Below are positions 12,550 through 25,661 of a DNA stretch of 64,000 nucleotides, one piece after another. The notes below the pieces were generated by a model, which saw only the letters and a list, made by a program, of their open reading frames with translations, was not told where the DNA came from and did not search any database. This DNA comes from Lama guanicoe. Lineage: Eukaryota. A program made the translations under genes and the position numbers. The number at the start of each line of letters is the position of its first letter. The stretch's first letter is position 1. The stretch is from assembly GCA_013239625.1 (NCBI GenBank), contig MU054212.1, positions 6,422,270-6,486,269 of the forward strand, read 5' to 3'.

Positions 12550-12712
12550 TATGTCTTTGTATCAAGGTTGGTTGAATCCATGGATGCGGAATCCATAGAT
12601 ACAGAAGGCTACTGTACTACATGATTTTATATTAGGGACTTGAGCATCTATGGATTTTGGTACCTGCAGGGTACTGAGAACCAGTACCTCAGATACTGAG
12701 AAAGGACTGTAC
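12550..12712. mobile_element. MER2 (TcMar-Tigger) fragment
   Basis: GGTTGGTTGAATCCATGGATGCGGAA ... AGGGACTTGAGCATCTATGGATTTTGGTA ... GGACTGTA. Confidence 0.8.
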
Positions 12713-13014
12713 ATCTAATGTCGATAAAGGATTATATAAGTATGGAGAGAATATGAAGTATCTACTGGATTACTGAAGTGGACTGTGTGGGTAGGCAGGG
12801 TTGGAACGGAGGAATGGGGGTTAATGTGAAGGGAGAAAGTGAAAAAAAAAAGTGGGAGCGAAAATGCTTCATTTCTGTAAAATTATGAGCATCTAGGTGT
12901 GTGTAAGAGAAAGAATAGAGGATGCATGAAAAAGGACAGTCACCAAATTACCTCAGGGTGGTGGGACTTCAGATTATCTTAAGTTCTAAAACATTTTTAT
13001 GTATTCACATTCTT

Positions 13015-13142
13015 TAACTTAAATTTAATTTAATTTTTTTAATTGAGGTATAATCAGTTTACAATGTTGTGTCAGTTTCTGGTGTACAGCACAATGCTTC
13101 AGTCATACATGAATATACATACATTCATTTTCCTATTCTTTT
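13015..13142 (-). mobile_element. Short 5'-truncated young L1 with 15-bp TSD
   Basis: TSD TGTATTCACATTCTT at 13000-13014 and 13143-13157. The body is homologous to the L1 ends at 16933 and 54901. Confidence 0.88.
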
Positions 13143-14778
13143 TGTATTCACATTCTTAATAATGAATACATGATGTTTCTAATTTGGGGAAATGAAGTTT
13201 TGTTTCACTGTGATAATTCAAAAGACTAGATAGACTATAAATAGTATTTATAACTTCCCCTCTCCCCTCCCCCTCTAGTCTCCACTTACTAGGATGAAAC
13301 CCCTCTGACAGCTACTGTATTCAACTGTATACAGCCCGCTCAGACTGACACCTTCCCAACTCAAGAAAAAAAAAAAAAGACTGGGGAGGAGGGGCGAGTA
13401 CAGTTTCCAACCTACCTGATTCATTGTAAAGTTAATTTGAGGCTGCTTCTTTGACACTAAAAGATTCTCTTAAAGCCATCTTGCACTGCACTTTCAGCAA
13501 CTGTCACCTACAACTATTTACAGAGTCCTCAGGCGCCAAGTTGGCAACAGGATATGTATTTTATTCCCCCATCAATCACTGCCTATATGTAGAGAGAATT
13601 AAAATGGGCTTTCCTTCTCTTATCTCCGGTTCCCTTCTGCTTAGCCATTACATTGAAGTCGACGTTTGCAGATATTCAACAGAGGAAATGAAATGACATT
13701 CAACCTATCACGTTTGCTTCTCTCCCATATTGAAGTTATCTGTGAATCTCTAGTATTTATTCTCTCACATCTGCACTCAGATTCTGAGCTTCAACAGGCT
13801 CTCAAGTTGCCGGAATACAATTCTTACAAGAGGGAGTATAGGAAATGGCGTAGAAAACTCTAACTGCCCCAAATGCAGCACTTCAGGGTTTGCCACAGAT
13901 TATATGCAAAAATAATGAAATATTTTTATAAACTTGTCCATTTATTCTTAGTCTTTAAAACCAAACAGCAATGAACCTAGTTTGTCAGCTTAGTTTCATG
14001 CAATGAAGAAGAATTTACCAACAATCACATATCAATGGGGAACTCTTCATGACTTGAACTCAAGTACTGTATGTTTAATTATAGTTGTGAACACACAACA
14101 TGGTTTTACCAAGATTTTCATGAGATTACTTAATTTTATACAATGAAAGGGGCTTTTTTCTTTCAGAGGACTGGCCACAAGGCAGCAGTCAACATTTAAA
14201 TCATTCACTATCCAGCTTGATGAAGAAAAGTAAATCACAACTACTCAATTTCAGAAATAGAGGTCATATTTATTTATGAACATTAGCAGAAAAAAAATAG
14301 GAAGTTTAAAAAGTGATTAAACCCACATGAAACCTGGAAATTATATATAAACATCCTGCAGAAAACCAAGAATAAAGGACACTAGGACTTTATTTTTATT
14401 ATAGGAGCTTTGAAAAAAAAAACTCCACCAAAAAACTGAACACAGAACTCATAAAATTCACAAATATGATAAAATTATTATTGAATGTCTAACTATTAGT
14501 CATCAAAGCAATACAAATTAGGAAAAGTACCAATTTTATACAAAGTAGCAAAGACTAAAAAACATCTATGATATTCAATGATGCACAATCATATTACTCA
14601 TTCACTGCTAATGGTACAAACTTTCCTGGATATAATTTAGAAATACATATCAACAACCTAAAAATAATAAAATTTGCATACTAATCTCATATCCAGGGAC
14701 CCAAAATAATGAAATGATGTATAAAACTGACAAGTTTAAAGATGTCCTCAAAAACATGACACTCAAAACAACTAAATG

Positions 14779-14937
14779 TCTGGGGGCAGGAGGGTACAGC
14801 TTAAGTGGCAGAGCACATGCTTAGCATGCATGAGGTCCTGGGTTCAATCCCCAGCGCCTCCATCAAAAATAAACAAACCTAATTACCTCCCCCCACACCA
14901 AAATAAAGTAAATAATACAATAAAAATATTTTTTAAA
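14779..14937 (+). mobile_element. Camelid-type tRNA-derived SINE inserted in an older L1 relic
   Basis: GGAGGGTACAGCTTAAGTGGCAGAGCACATGCTTAGCATGCATGAGGTCCTGGGTTCAATCCCCAG. TSD AAAACAACTAAATG at 14765-14778 and 14938-14951. Confidence 0.92.
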
Positions 14938-15489
14938 AAAACAACTAAATGGCTAACCAGTAGAAAATGGTCAAATAAATAACGGTTAACTTGTAATAAC
15001 AGAAACACATTTAGTCATGACAATTTTATTTTCAAAGAATACTAATACTGAAAGAAAGCGTCATGATATAATGTAAAATTTTAAAAGAAGTTTTATATAT
15101 AGTTGGTCCCATTGTGCTATATATTCTCCATTTATATGCCACACCTGCTAACAGGAAAATGTTAATAATGATTACATAACAAGTTATATAACCTCTGGAA
15201 TTAACACTGATATTCATTTCTGTCATTTTCTGTTTGTATTTTCAAATTCTCTATAATAATATCTGGGAAGAAAACAGTAAGGTTTAAAAAACACACAACC
15301 ACCAAGCCTCTATGGCAAAAGAAACAGAGCAGGATGAAGAGAGAAAAGGAAGATGGGGCACAAAGTTCCTCATTTCTTAGCTGAGGAAGAACTCAAACAA
15401 GATGTTAAAGAATTAGGGGGCAAGGCATGACTGTTTTAGTACGTTTTGGGCAGAAGAAAAAAAGTAAAGACATCAATGCAAAAAATCCA

Positions 15490-15945
15490 TGTGGCAGAGG
15501 CTGCTAGGTGGCTCCCAATATTCCATGTTCCCCTATTCTGCAGTAAAAATTCCTGGGCCTTGTGCCCAGTTAAGATTCTAGTTCTTTGCTTCCTGCCCAT
15601 ATAGGAGTATATAAGTCCTGACCAATGAGATATAAGTGCAGTGCAGTTCAAGACTGGTGGTAAGACATACCCTTTTGCCCTTCCTGCTGTCTGGAATGCA
15701 GACGTGATGGCTAGAGCTCCAGCAGCCACTGAGAACCATAAAGTGAAAACTACCTGCTGAGGATGACAGATCAGAAAGACATGAAGAGCTGGAGTCCTTA
15801 ACTCTGTGGACTCGCCCTATCATCCTGGACCATATTCCTTCAGGCTATTTTAACATGAAAAAGAAAAATCTCCATGTGTATAAGCCAGTATTTTTTTTTT
15901 TTGGTCCCTATTATGTAGAACTGAAATTAACCTAAACTGATGTAC
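15490..15945 (+). mobile_element. Old MaLR (MLT1I/J-like) LTR
   Basis: TGTGGCAGAGG start; CTGGAATGCAGACGTGATGGCTAGAGCTCCAGCAGCCA; end AACCTAAACTGATG. Confidence 0.7.
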
Positions 15946-16932
15946 CTGGCCATGTTGAGGTTGTGAAAAATTTTTTCTTGATCCTGTCTACACTCCCAGT
16001 GGCTCCCCAACTCTTAACAGACCAAAGACTGGACTAAAATAAACAGGAAAAAATAACAGCAGAATATCTTAATAAAGCTTTCTGTTACTTATTTTTAAAT
16101 AAGTAATCTGAAACTTCTAGAGCACTCTCTCTCTCTTTCTAGGCATAACTAATTAAATTGTTTTGAACTTAGGTCTGGTGTTTGACTGATTTTGTGGGTC
16201 AGTGGTCCAAGGTAAAAATGGGTCGTGCATTACTTTAAATGTTAACCTGAAACAAAATGGAAGATTTAAGGGCATAAGCTACTGAGGACCAGGAATGACA
16301 ATGGAATACACGTTCGTTCTTTGATTCAGCCATCCCTTACTTGCCCATTGCTGCTAAGGGAAGAGCATGGCAATTCAAAGTGAGTATCAATCAGAATATA
16401 GCGTCTGCATGGATGATGTCCTGGAGTTACTCAAGTGGGTTTCCTCCGGCATTTCGTTAACCTTTATTGAACGGATTGATGTTACTTTTAGACATTTGAA
16501 TCTAGTTTCCTGATGGGAGGAAAAAAATGTCAATATGACCTATCAAGAGCAAATTTTCATCTCTAACATCTTTAAGTCCAGTATTGAGAAAACTGCCATC
16601 GTGGAAAACAAAAACAAAAACAAAAACCTGACTGAGGAAATTTTTCTGTACTGAGTGGGAAAAAAAAACAACAGAACATAAACCATTCTCAGTCTTCACA
16701 GGGATACATACAGAAGCATTGCTCACCATTACATTCCTCTATAAGCTATAACCAGGACCAATTTCAATAACTTACTGTACATGTTAAATGTTAACCTAAC
16801 AGCACCAGAACTATAAGACGTCACACTGCATTTTAAACTCAGTAACTTGATATTTATTAAACAACCATTTAAGCCATCAAAGCCCAAGCAGTATTTAAAC
16901 ACTTCAACTTAGGTTTAAGAATTAGCAGAATC

Positions 16933-17181
16933 GGGTGAGAGAGGATAAATTGGGAGTTAGAGATTTGCAAATACTAACTGATAAATATAAAATAGATAAA
17001 CAAGTTCATGCTGTATAGTGCAGGGAACTAGATTCGATATCTTGTAGTAACTTATGGGGAAAAAGAATATGAAAGCAAATATATGCATGTTCATGTATAA
17101 CTGAAGCATTATGCGGTACACTGGAAATTGACACAGCATTGTAAACTGACTACACTTCAATAAAAATATATATATTCACAA
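16933..17181 (+). mobile_element. 5'-truncated young L1 3' end with 13-bp TSD
   Basis: GGATAAATTGGGAGTTAGAGATTTGC...CTTCAATAAAAA. TSD AATTAGCAGAATC at 16920-16932 and 17182-17194. Confidence 0.92.
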
Positions 17182-17677
17182 AATTAGCAGAATCAGTTAA
17201 AATGACTTGCCCTCTGAGTATAAAGTAGTTCATCCACAGGAACATTGTTCCTTTCTTCTTCCTTTACCACTATGTAATACTCCTGCAATGGCACAAAAGG
17301 AAACTCATTGTCTGGGACTAAGACACTATGGTGTCAAGTCAATCTTGGGGCTATTCTAGGAAGATGACAACTGTACCAAATTAGCAGTTGTAGTTTTGTA
17401 ACACTATTTACACCAAGTGGCTTGCTTTGCTTAGAAGTAAAATCCTCAGTGCCCTGAGAAGATGAGACAATGGGCAGTTAAATGGCAAGCTGGTGATCCA
17501 ATCAGGCTTTTCTTTATGGTAGTAAGAGTTGACTAGCTCCAAAGATTTATGGCATTCTAGTCATATAAGATTAAAAATTCAACGACATAGCTACATGTAA
17601 TATGTAAAGAAGGTATCTTAATTTCAGAATGAAAGAACTAGAAGAGCAAGTAAAAAAAAATCTAAAAATCAGTTATT

Positions 17678-17731
17678 ACATGATGTCATGGGTTCAAGCC
17701 CCAGTACCTCTATTAAAAACAAAAACAAAAA
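17678..17731 (+). mobile_element. 5'-truncated tRNA-derived SINE
   Basis: CATGATGTCATGGGTTCAAGCCCCAGTACCTC plus A-rich tail. Imperfect TSD TAAAAATCAGTT / TAAAAATGAGTT. Confidence 0.7.
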
Positions 17732-20700
17732 TAAAAATGAGTTGTAATGTCTATAAATAATTTATTTTAAACATTGATAACTAATGATCCTAAGAATCAT
17801 TTCATCAAGATGGTCCACTAGTCTCTATTTCTCCCACTCCTAATTTTAGGACCTACTACCTTAGTCCCAATTTATATATTTGAGAACACAATGTCTATTT
17901 CAATTGAAACAAAAGTGAAATTCTATTTCAGACTTGCAGAGGTGATAGACAGCTTTAGTAAGATAGATATTTTGGACCTTAAGATTTTTATTACTGAGAT
18001 TTGCTCATTCGTTAATTAAATGCTTGTTGAATGCCTCCTGTGTGCCAGGCATTGTGCTAGAAGCTGGGAAACAGTAAAAATTATTTCAGATACCTTTAAC
18101 CTGAAATTCCAGCATTCCTGTGAAACTGGGAATAGGGGTGGGGGTTGAGATGTGGGGGGAGCATCTTCATGTGGAAATGTCATCTCAAAGAAGAATCAAT
18201 CCCACGAGATTTAAAATTTCTTAGCAGGTATTTTATATTTTGTCAAGTATGACAAAATAATGCATAAACCAGCAATAGAAGTTATTCTTCAAGCTGCATA
18301 TAATAGCTGGTGTTCTTAAGATTGATAGTCTTGCGGAAGACGAGAGGGAGTTTACGAGTCTTCCTAGAACTGTAGCTCAGTAAGTGAAAAGACAGATACC
18401 TCAGGAATCTCAAACAAAAATAAACGAGTTTACAAGCTGATCTACTAGAACTTGCTATTTCAGTAAGGCGGCCACATGAGGTAAAGAAACTAAAATCCTC
18501 TCTATTTAAACTGTGATGCAGTCGATCACAATGGTTTAAACCAATATTCCTTTGATGAACTGAGCATCTTAAGATTTTTTTTTTAAGTGGTCATGTGGAT
18601 ACTCATTTAAGACTTCCAAAACTGCCATCTTACTTGAAAAGCAAGAGCATCCAAAGAGCCATGACCAAATCTTGTCTTGTGGGTCTGAATGTTTATCACC
18701 ATCTACCGTCCTCCACATGGTCCTCTCCTATTCTTGTTTCATAATTTTTAGGCATGGCCAACTAGAATCTGAGAAGACCAGAGGAAAGTAAAAGTATACA
18801 GTATACAAGGGAATATGCAAGAGGCTTTCTTCTCAGCCCACCTTGTGTATAACATCATACTAGGCACGCCTCTCCTGCTCACAGTTATGTAACTAAAGGT
18901 GCTCTGAAAATTATCATCCATTAAAGCATCAATGAGTACATACTAAAAGAAGATTCAAGTGTCTTGGTACCATTTGGTCAAGCTCACATGTGATTCTGGA
19001 TTAACTTAAAAGTTCCTTCCCTAACTTCCTATCTTTCCCAAATCCAATCTTGGGTGAGTTAGTTTGATAAAGACCTTACACCATCTTTTAATAATCTGTG
19101 GATTATGAGGTCAGTTACCCAGAATACAAGGAAGGAAATGGACTAAAGTTACCCAGAGCATTTCCCTCAGTTTCTTTATCTGTATAAGGATAATAAAATC
19201 TATTTATTATTCACTGGACTTCTGTTGCCTAAATGATATACTCTGAAGCCTCCCCTTCAACTGATCTGAACCTCCACTTTGTGCCAATCTTATAAATGTA
19301 TATTGCTTAGCAGTGTATATGTATTTCACATGTATCATTGCATTTAACTATCATAGTAAGTGGATACATAAGAATATAGGCTGCATGAGTACAGAGGTTT
19401 TTGCCTGATTGGTCAAGTGTTGCTGTCCCAACACCTACAACACGGCTTGACGCATTGTAGGACCTCAAAAAATATTACTTATTGAACAAATTAATGAGTA
19501 ACTATGAGATTCAAGGGCAAGTATAATGTACATTTTTTTTTCTGCATGAGAAAACTACCATCGAAGGGATTAAGAGACCTGACCAAGACCACATGGCTAT
19601 GAAATGGCAACACATGTACGTAAAGGGAGGTTGCTAGGCTCAAATCTAGCATCCTTTACGTTACTCTCCCTCTCGCGTGGGCATGTGTACTCTCTTTAGA
19701 TTTAGAGTGCCAGGGGAAGTAAAGCCACAGATAAGCACAGCACATTTTCCTAGAACAAGACTTATATGAAGTTACTTTAGAAAAAAAAGTAATAAATATA
19801 TATTTTAATATACATATATTAAAGTAACCTCAGTCATGGAGGGGATTTGGGGAACTCAGATTAATTTCAAAGACAAAACATGAATCTGGAAACCCCTCTG
19901 ACATTTGTAAACAGCCACGTGGAACCTCACTGCGACCTCAGTGTCCCCGGTTCTGCTCCGTCAGCCCTCGAGGCACTGAAATGGTGAAGCCAGAGCAGCA
20001 CCTCAGCAGAAAACAAATACCAAAGCACCCACAGTCTGAGCACACCTGGGGCTTTGATTCAGCTCCGATCCCTCCCCAGGGCTGGAAGGGAGGGGCTGTT
20101 GCTCATCTATCTATCCAGCTGCCTCGAAGGCTTCCCTTCTTCATTTCTCTCTCCAGGGCGGTTCATGCAGCCTTGGTCTTCCTCTTCCTCTCAGCAAACA
20201 GGACCATAAACTCATCTTTCACTGCTCCAGACCAGCATTCTTTGAAGTGGGGTACATGTCTGAAACAAAGCCTACATTTCTCAAGGGGTTCACCACCACA
20301 GCTATAAATGAGTCAATTTCCAAAGCCCCAACTTCCAATTATTTCCTTGTCTAAAAAGTGATCAGCCTGGGACCATGACTGTGATGAAGGGACACCCATC
20401 CCCTGAGGAGTGGACACTGTCCTCACAAAGGTTCTTCTCCCACTTTACAAAAGCAAGGCGTCTGCATCGCCTTCACCAGATCTTTCTAATCTGCATTACC
20501 TTGGGTGTAAAGATCGCAGGATGACTAACAAAGGAACAAATAAAAATGCTGATGCTTGTCAAGCGGTGCAAGTCTCCAGCATTTGGGTAACTCCTTTTCT
20601 AAGACAGGTAATTTCCAGTTCTTTGTTTTAAACAACCTGAAATCTTTAAATAAAAAGTCTTATGGCCAAAAGAAATACAAAATACTAGGTTTCAACTTAT

Positions 20701-21034
20701 GTTTTTTGTTACAGAAAGTATGACACAGTGATCAGTGGACACCTTCAAGCACAAAGCTATATTACTGCTTTGGGAAAGATCTCCGGTGTTCTTACTTGCT
20801 GCAAGTAATAAATCCTTCCTTCTCCTGAAGAGAGGGGAATCAAACAAACGCCAAAAACTGTATTACACTGGGATACAATTCTGTAGGGGAAGGGAAATGG
20901 AAATATGAATTTAAGGAGGAAAAGGAAAGGTGTAAAAATTTTAACTTTTGAGAACTTATTCATGCATTTTCAAAAATGAATGACACTGGGAATCAAATAT
21001 AGATCCTACTCGAGTTTTTTAAATGATGTAACAA

Positions 21035-21194
21035 CGGGGAGGGTATAGCTCAAGTGGCAGAGCGCATGCCTAGCATGTATGGGGTTCTGGGTTCAATCTC
21101 CAGTATCTCCTCTAAAAAACTTAAGTAAATAAATAAACTTAATTACCTCACCCCTTCAAGAAGAAATTAAAATAAATAAATAAAAATTTTTTTA
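21035..21194 (+). mobile_element. Camelid-type tRNA-derived SINE
   Basis: GGGGAGGGTATAGCTCAAGTGGCAGAGCGCATGCCTAGCATG...GGGTTCAATCTCCAG. TSD AAATGATGTAACAA at 21021-21034 and 21195-21208. Confidence 0.93.
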
Positions 21195-24100
21195 AAATGA
21201 TGTAACAATTCAAAAAGTCAGTATTTACAATATGCTGAAAAAATGATACCCTTTGCAACTATTTAAAGTTAGGCTGAAACGTATTAGCAATTAGCTTAAA
21301 ATCACGTGCTCAGGGCGCAGGCTTTTACAGAATCTTTAAGGTGCTACAAGAGCAAAAAGTTGGAAGAACACTGCATTCGAACAACCCTTCCGAGCCCTTC
21401 CACGACAAAACACTGAAGAGACAGAGGATGAACAATTTCCCCATCTACCCAGCTTTGAGTGAGGCTGGGCTGGAGATGGGGTAGGGATTAGCGCTCTCTC
21501 CACCCTCTCCTTGGTCATAAACACAACCTGCTCCCACAGCCAACAGTTTATGAAGATTGACGATGCGGTTAAATACCTGATCTTAAAATTAACTGCACTG
21601 CGGACTAGCGTTAGACCTCAGATGATGAGATGTATCTTAGTCCTAAGGAGAACCTTAGATGTACTTTTTTTCAGTCTCCAGAAAGACTCATGAGGCAATG
21701 CCAGAAAGGCTCACTAATTTTGTATTTATCTCATACGATGACAAATGTCACCACTGGGGATGGAATATTGAATGCGTCTATCTGACTGGTATTTCATGAG
21801 GGACATGCATGATGCAAAGAACTGGAAAGCTCTTTACTTATTGCGTAGTTAGTATGTTAAGAACGGCTGTGTCCTGAGGAGTAATCTCAACAGACACACC
21901 TACGTACCCCAAACCCACAGACCTCACTTTTTCCCTTCTTCCTCTGATTCTGTACTCTCTTCTCTTCTGCCCCTTACCTCTTTTCGGCCACTCCTTTGGG
22001 AAGCAGAAAGTCTTTGAAATATGATGGATGAGGCCAGCACTTAATTTGGTGTCTACACTGTTTTAAAAATATTGACTTTCCGGTCCTCCAGCTCTCAGAG
22101 AGACAATGGGGCTATTTAGAGCAGATGTCAGACCTACTCTGAACCTACTCCCATTTAGTAATGAGGAGGTAGTACAGTTTGAGATAAAAGGTCTGTCTTT
22201 AAAGTCGGAAAGTTGGCTGAAAAGCACAGTTCACCATTTACTAGGTATGGCGCTCAATTTCTCTAAATCTCAGGTTCCCAAAGTCCTTAAAATGAGGTGC
22301 TAAGGATTTAAGCCAATATACGTCAAGCACCTAGAAATGTACCAGCACATAGTAGGCATTCAATAATCAACAGTTATGAAGTTAGGTGTTTAATGGTCTT
22401 TAATGATTGCTTAAAATTAGCCAATAGTTTTCTCCTGGCATACTGTCAACTATTGGTATGTTTTTCAATTTCTTCCTAACCTCTTTGAAAACAAGTGATT
22501 TGGCAAATGACTACCTTGCATGCTTAAGTATAGGGTGTGCGTGAGTAAAATGTACCTGCAGTACTAAAACCGGCAAAGGACACACACAGGAGGAGGACTG
22601 CACGAAAACTGAGAAAACTTCACATATAGCATTTATAAATAGGGTGGCGTGTCCTTCACATGTTCCAAGCATTGCTGTGAAAAATAAGCACAGAATCTAT
22701 GATCAACTCTTTTAAGGTCTATCCAAATTTAACTGGTAATCTAACACTTTCCCCTCCATCAAAATAGCAAAGTTTTTTTTTTTTTGGTTGCTTGTTTTTA
22801 AGGTACTTAATATTTTAAGGCTGTAGGGAAACTGGTACTCCCACAATTCTCATTTGCATATAAACGAGTATAACCTTTGGTCTCTAAAGCAATCTGGCAA
22901 TGTATATCTAGGATTTAAAAAGCATGTACATGCTTATTTAGCAGGAAAGGAATATATCCTAACCCAAACAAACAGATTTATGTACAAAAGTATTCATTTT
23001 ATCACAACTTAAAAATAGTAAGCAAACAAACCAAAAAACCCAAAATAAACAAATAAATAAGCAGCCAGATGTCCACTGCAGAGGGCTAGATACATGGTAC
23101 AACCATCATCCCATGGAAAATCATGCAGCTATTAAATTTTTTTTTTAATAAGATAGGATTAAGTGAAAGAAGCAAGGTAGAAAACAGTATTTGGCTAGGA
23201 TTCCAAATTTGTGTATGCCACTATGATTCTGAAGCAGTAATAAGAGAAAATTTACAATAAAGAATTGGACTGACATAGAGTGATCAAAATCCATTCCACA
23301 GTTTGAAAGGACACAGTGTTAAGACTTGCTGCCCACGTCCTGATTTTAAAAAGAAGTGTGGGATGAGTACACTGCTGATTCAGATCCTTTTTATGAATGG
23401 AGGAGAAAGGAGAGCGGATAATAAAGCTAAAAGTTATGTCTGCAACTGACATTCAACCTCTTTAAACTTTTAGTTTAATGGAACTTTTGGGTGACTTTCA
23501 CACCTCATGCGTCATGCTCGCTGCCTGGCTAAAAAGTTTTAGTGGCATGTGCAGAGATGAGAGAAGGTTGGAATAGGTGAGGATTCGTAACATTCCACTA
23601 CACATCATTCTGCACAGTAAACGAAACACTGCACAAACACACACACACTCTTCCCCTGATTCAGATCTTCACATCCATATTTAAAACACCCCTACTCTAA
23701 GTAGAAATGCCTCAACACAACACCTGCCCCTCCCTGAATTCATGCGTACTTCATTCCCAGTTTTAAAACTCCTAGTTTATTCCCAAAGCCCACCATTTCC
23801 ACCACCAATCGAACCAGCTAGTAAGCACAGCAAGACTGTTTCCCAGCTTTCATGAACTTTCCTGCCTTTATTTTTCACATCAATACTTCAAATGCCTAAT
23901 CTCACCCCAGAGATAAGAAAGGGAACAAAAATGCCTTTGGACGTTTATACATCTCATGTTACGCACTCCTGGACTCCAGAAAAGGAGGAGTAACCCAAGG
24001 CCTTGTGACTTGAGATGACATCTTTCTGCTCAGTGCTCTTCTGACTTGGCCTGAGTGGCCACAGCTCTATCTGCCTGCCTGCCTGCCAGCCTGGGCCCAG

Positions 24101-25036
24101 GTGCTTCCAGCAGCCCCACAGCAGAGCAATACATTTGTTTCTGCGTACAGTCTGAAATCGCAGGAAGCCAAAATCAACTTAAGTTGTTACGAAAACACAA
24201 GGGACAAAACACACCTAAATCGCCACATTATACATGACAACTCTCAAACTGAAAGGTATCTACTTGCTCGACAGCATGCACATCTATCTGTTTGCAGATG
24301 TCACCCTGAAGAACAAACAGCTGGGAGATGTTTGGCTGGTTTCTGCTTGTCCAATTTCAGGAAACACAAACATTTTTTAGTTCTGAGCTCAGGTTCCAAG
24401 TCAATATAGGTTTCGGTGACTTCAGTTTTTTCCGGGCTAGAAATGTGCTAAGCTAATAATTAACCTTAAGCATACCATCACTTCTACTGAAAACATTTTC
24501 TACACATAGCCCTAAGTTACTTTCAGTTCAGTTAAACAAAACAGACAAGCTGTAATAAAAGGTCTCTGAGAAATGTGATCCCTTTCATTGGTCACCCAGG
24601 AGCTTTCCCCCTAAAATCTGCTGCTTCTCCTGGGGGAGGGGGAGGAGAGCATCCAAAATAAAGATGCCACCGAAAGCACAATTATTCTGTAAGAAAGTTG
24701 CCTAAGATAACTCATCAGGGTTTCCCAGGTTGAGTAATTCTTGCAGGCGGGTGGGGAGGGACAGCTCGCCTCCAAGATTACTATCTGCAGAGATTTCCCT
24801 TATGTTGATGATTTTTTTTTCCTTTGCGTCCTTTTTAATTATACTGCAGGGGCTCTGATTTTCACATCTCTAGCGGCTGCTGGGGGGAGTTGAGAGCAAC
24901 GCGCCAGGGCTGCGGCAGTCGTTCGGGCCAAGTCCAACGCTGGGGGGCGGGCAGCCCACTCCCCACCCGGTCCCACCCTCCCGGGCACAGGCGCGCACAC
25001 CCGCGCTGAGACTGCGGTCCACGGGCGGGGACTCAC

Positions 25037-25157
25037 CGCTGTCCAGCCGCGCGATCTGGGGCAGCCGGTAAGTGCTGACCAGCAGGTCGAGCGGAACGGC
25101 CACCGAGCTCCACTTCACATCCTTCAGGCTGCAGCCCAGCGAGGGCGCCGGGTCCAT
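25037..25157 (-). CDS. GAREM1: GAREM1 (GRB2-associated regulator of MAPK1 subtype 1, FAM59A) first coding exon: 40 codons plus 1 nt, phase-1 intron follows
   Basis: Translates MDPAPSLGCSLKDVKWSSVAVPLDLLVSTYRLPQIARLDS(G), matching the recalled GAREM1 N-terminus. Strong Kozak context AAG-ATG-G. The exon ends at a canonical donor AGCG/GTGAGT (25036-25031). The rest of the ORF-track ORF 24870..25157 is intronic read-through. Confidence 0.96.
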
Positions 25158-25661
25158 CTTCCCCGCCTCCTCCGGCCCCGCGCTCCCGCCGCCGCCGCCG
25201 CCGGCACCACCCGCGTCTCGGCGGCCGCCGCTGCTCGCGCTGGCGGTCTGGGGCGCGCGGGGGGCGCCGGGCGCTCCGGCCGCGGGCAGCTATGGGGGGG
25301 CGCGGCGGCCGGGACGGAGGGAGGGAGGGGGCCCGCGGCTGGCTCAGCTGCCGCTGCGGGGCATGGCTGGAGCGCCCCGCGCGCCCTCAAGCCCGGACAG
25401 GACTCGCAGCAGCCCCGCGGCGGCGGGCGGCGGCGGCGGCGGCGGCCGGGGTGGCTGCGGCGGCTCCCGCTCCGCCTCCTCCTCTGGCCCCGGGTCTGCA
25501 GCTGCGGCGGCCGCCCGCTCGCCTCCTCCTCCTCTTACCCCTCCTTCCCTCCGCCTCGAGCGTGTGAGGAGGAGCCGCGGGTCTGAGAAACGCCATAGCA
25601 GCGCTCCCAGCACTGACTAATCAACAAGGTGCGAGCAACGCCTGCGCAGCTCCGGGAGACA

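Larger units (their letters stand above)
1..25036 (-). other. GAREM1: GAREM1 intron 1 (continues beyond the window start)
   Basis: Lies downstream of the exon-1 donor on the minus strand. I saw no sequence encoding the expected continuation (ECVEGLRENDYLL...) in the window. Repeat-rich. Confidence 0.85.

Noticed and set aside
18236..18259. Perfect 10-bp hairpin TATTTTGTCA-agta-TGACAAAATA
   Set aside because: Short and AT-rich, plausible by chance in 64 kb, and too short for a pre-miRNA.
19771..19828. Overlapping 9-bp AT-rich inverted repeats
   Set aside because: Low-complexity sequence with no TSD or MITE features.
21035..21110. tRNA-like A/B-box sequences here and at 7219, 14779 and 63316
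   Set aside because: They have tails and TSDs and are diverged, so they are SINEs and not tRNA genes.
24870..25036. C-terminal 55 aa of the 95-aa GAREM1 ORF
   Set aside because: Lies past the canonical GTGAGT donor, so it is intron read-through.
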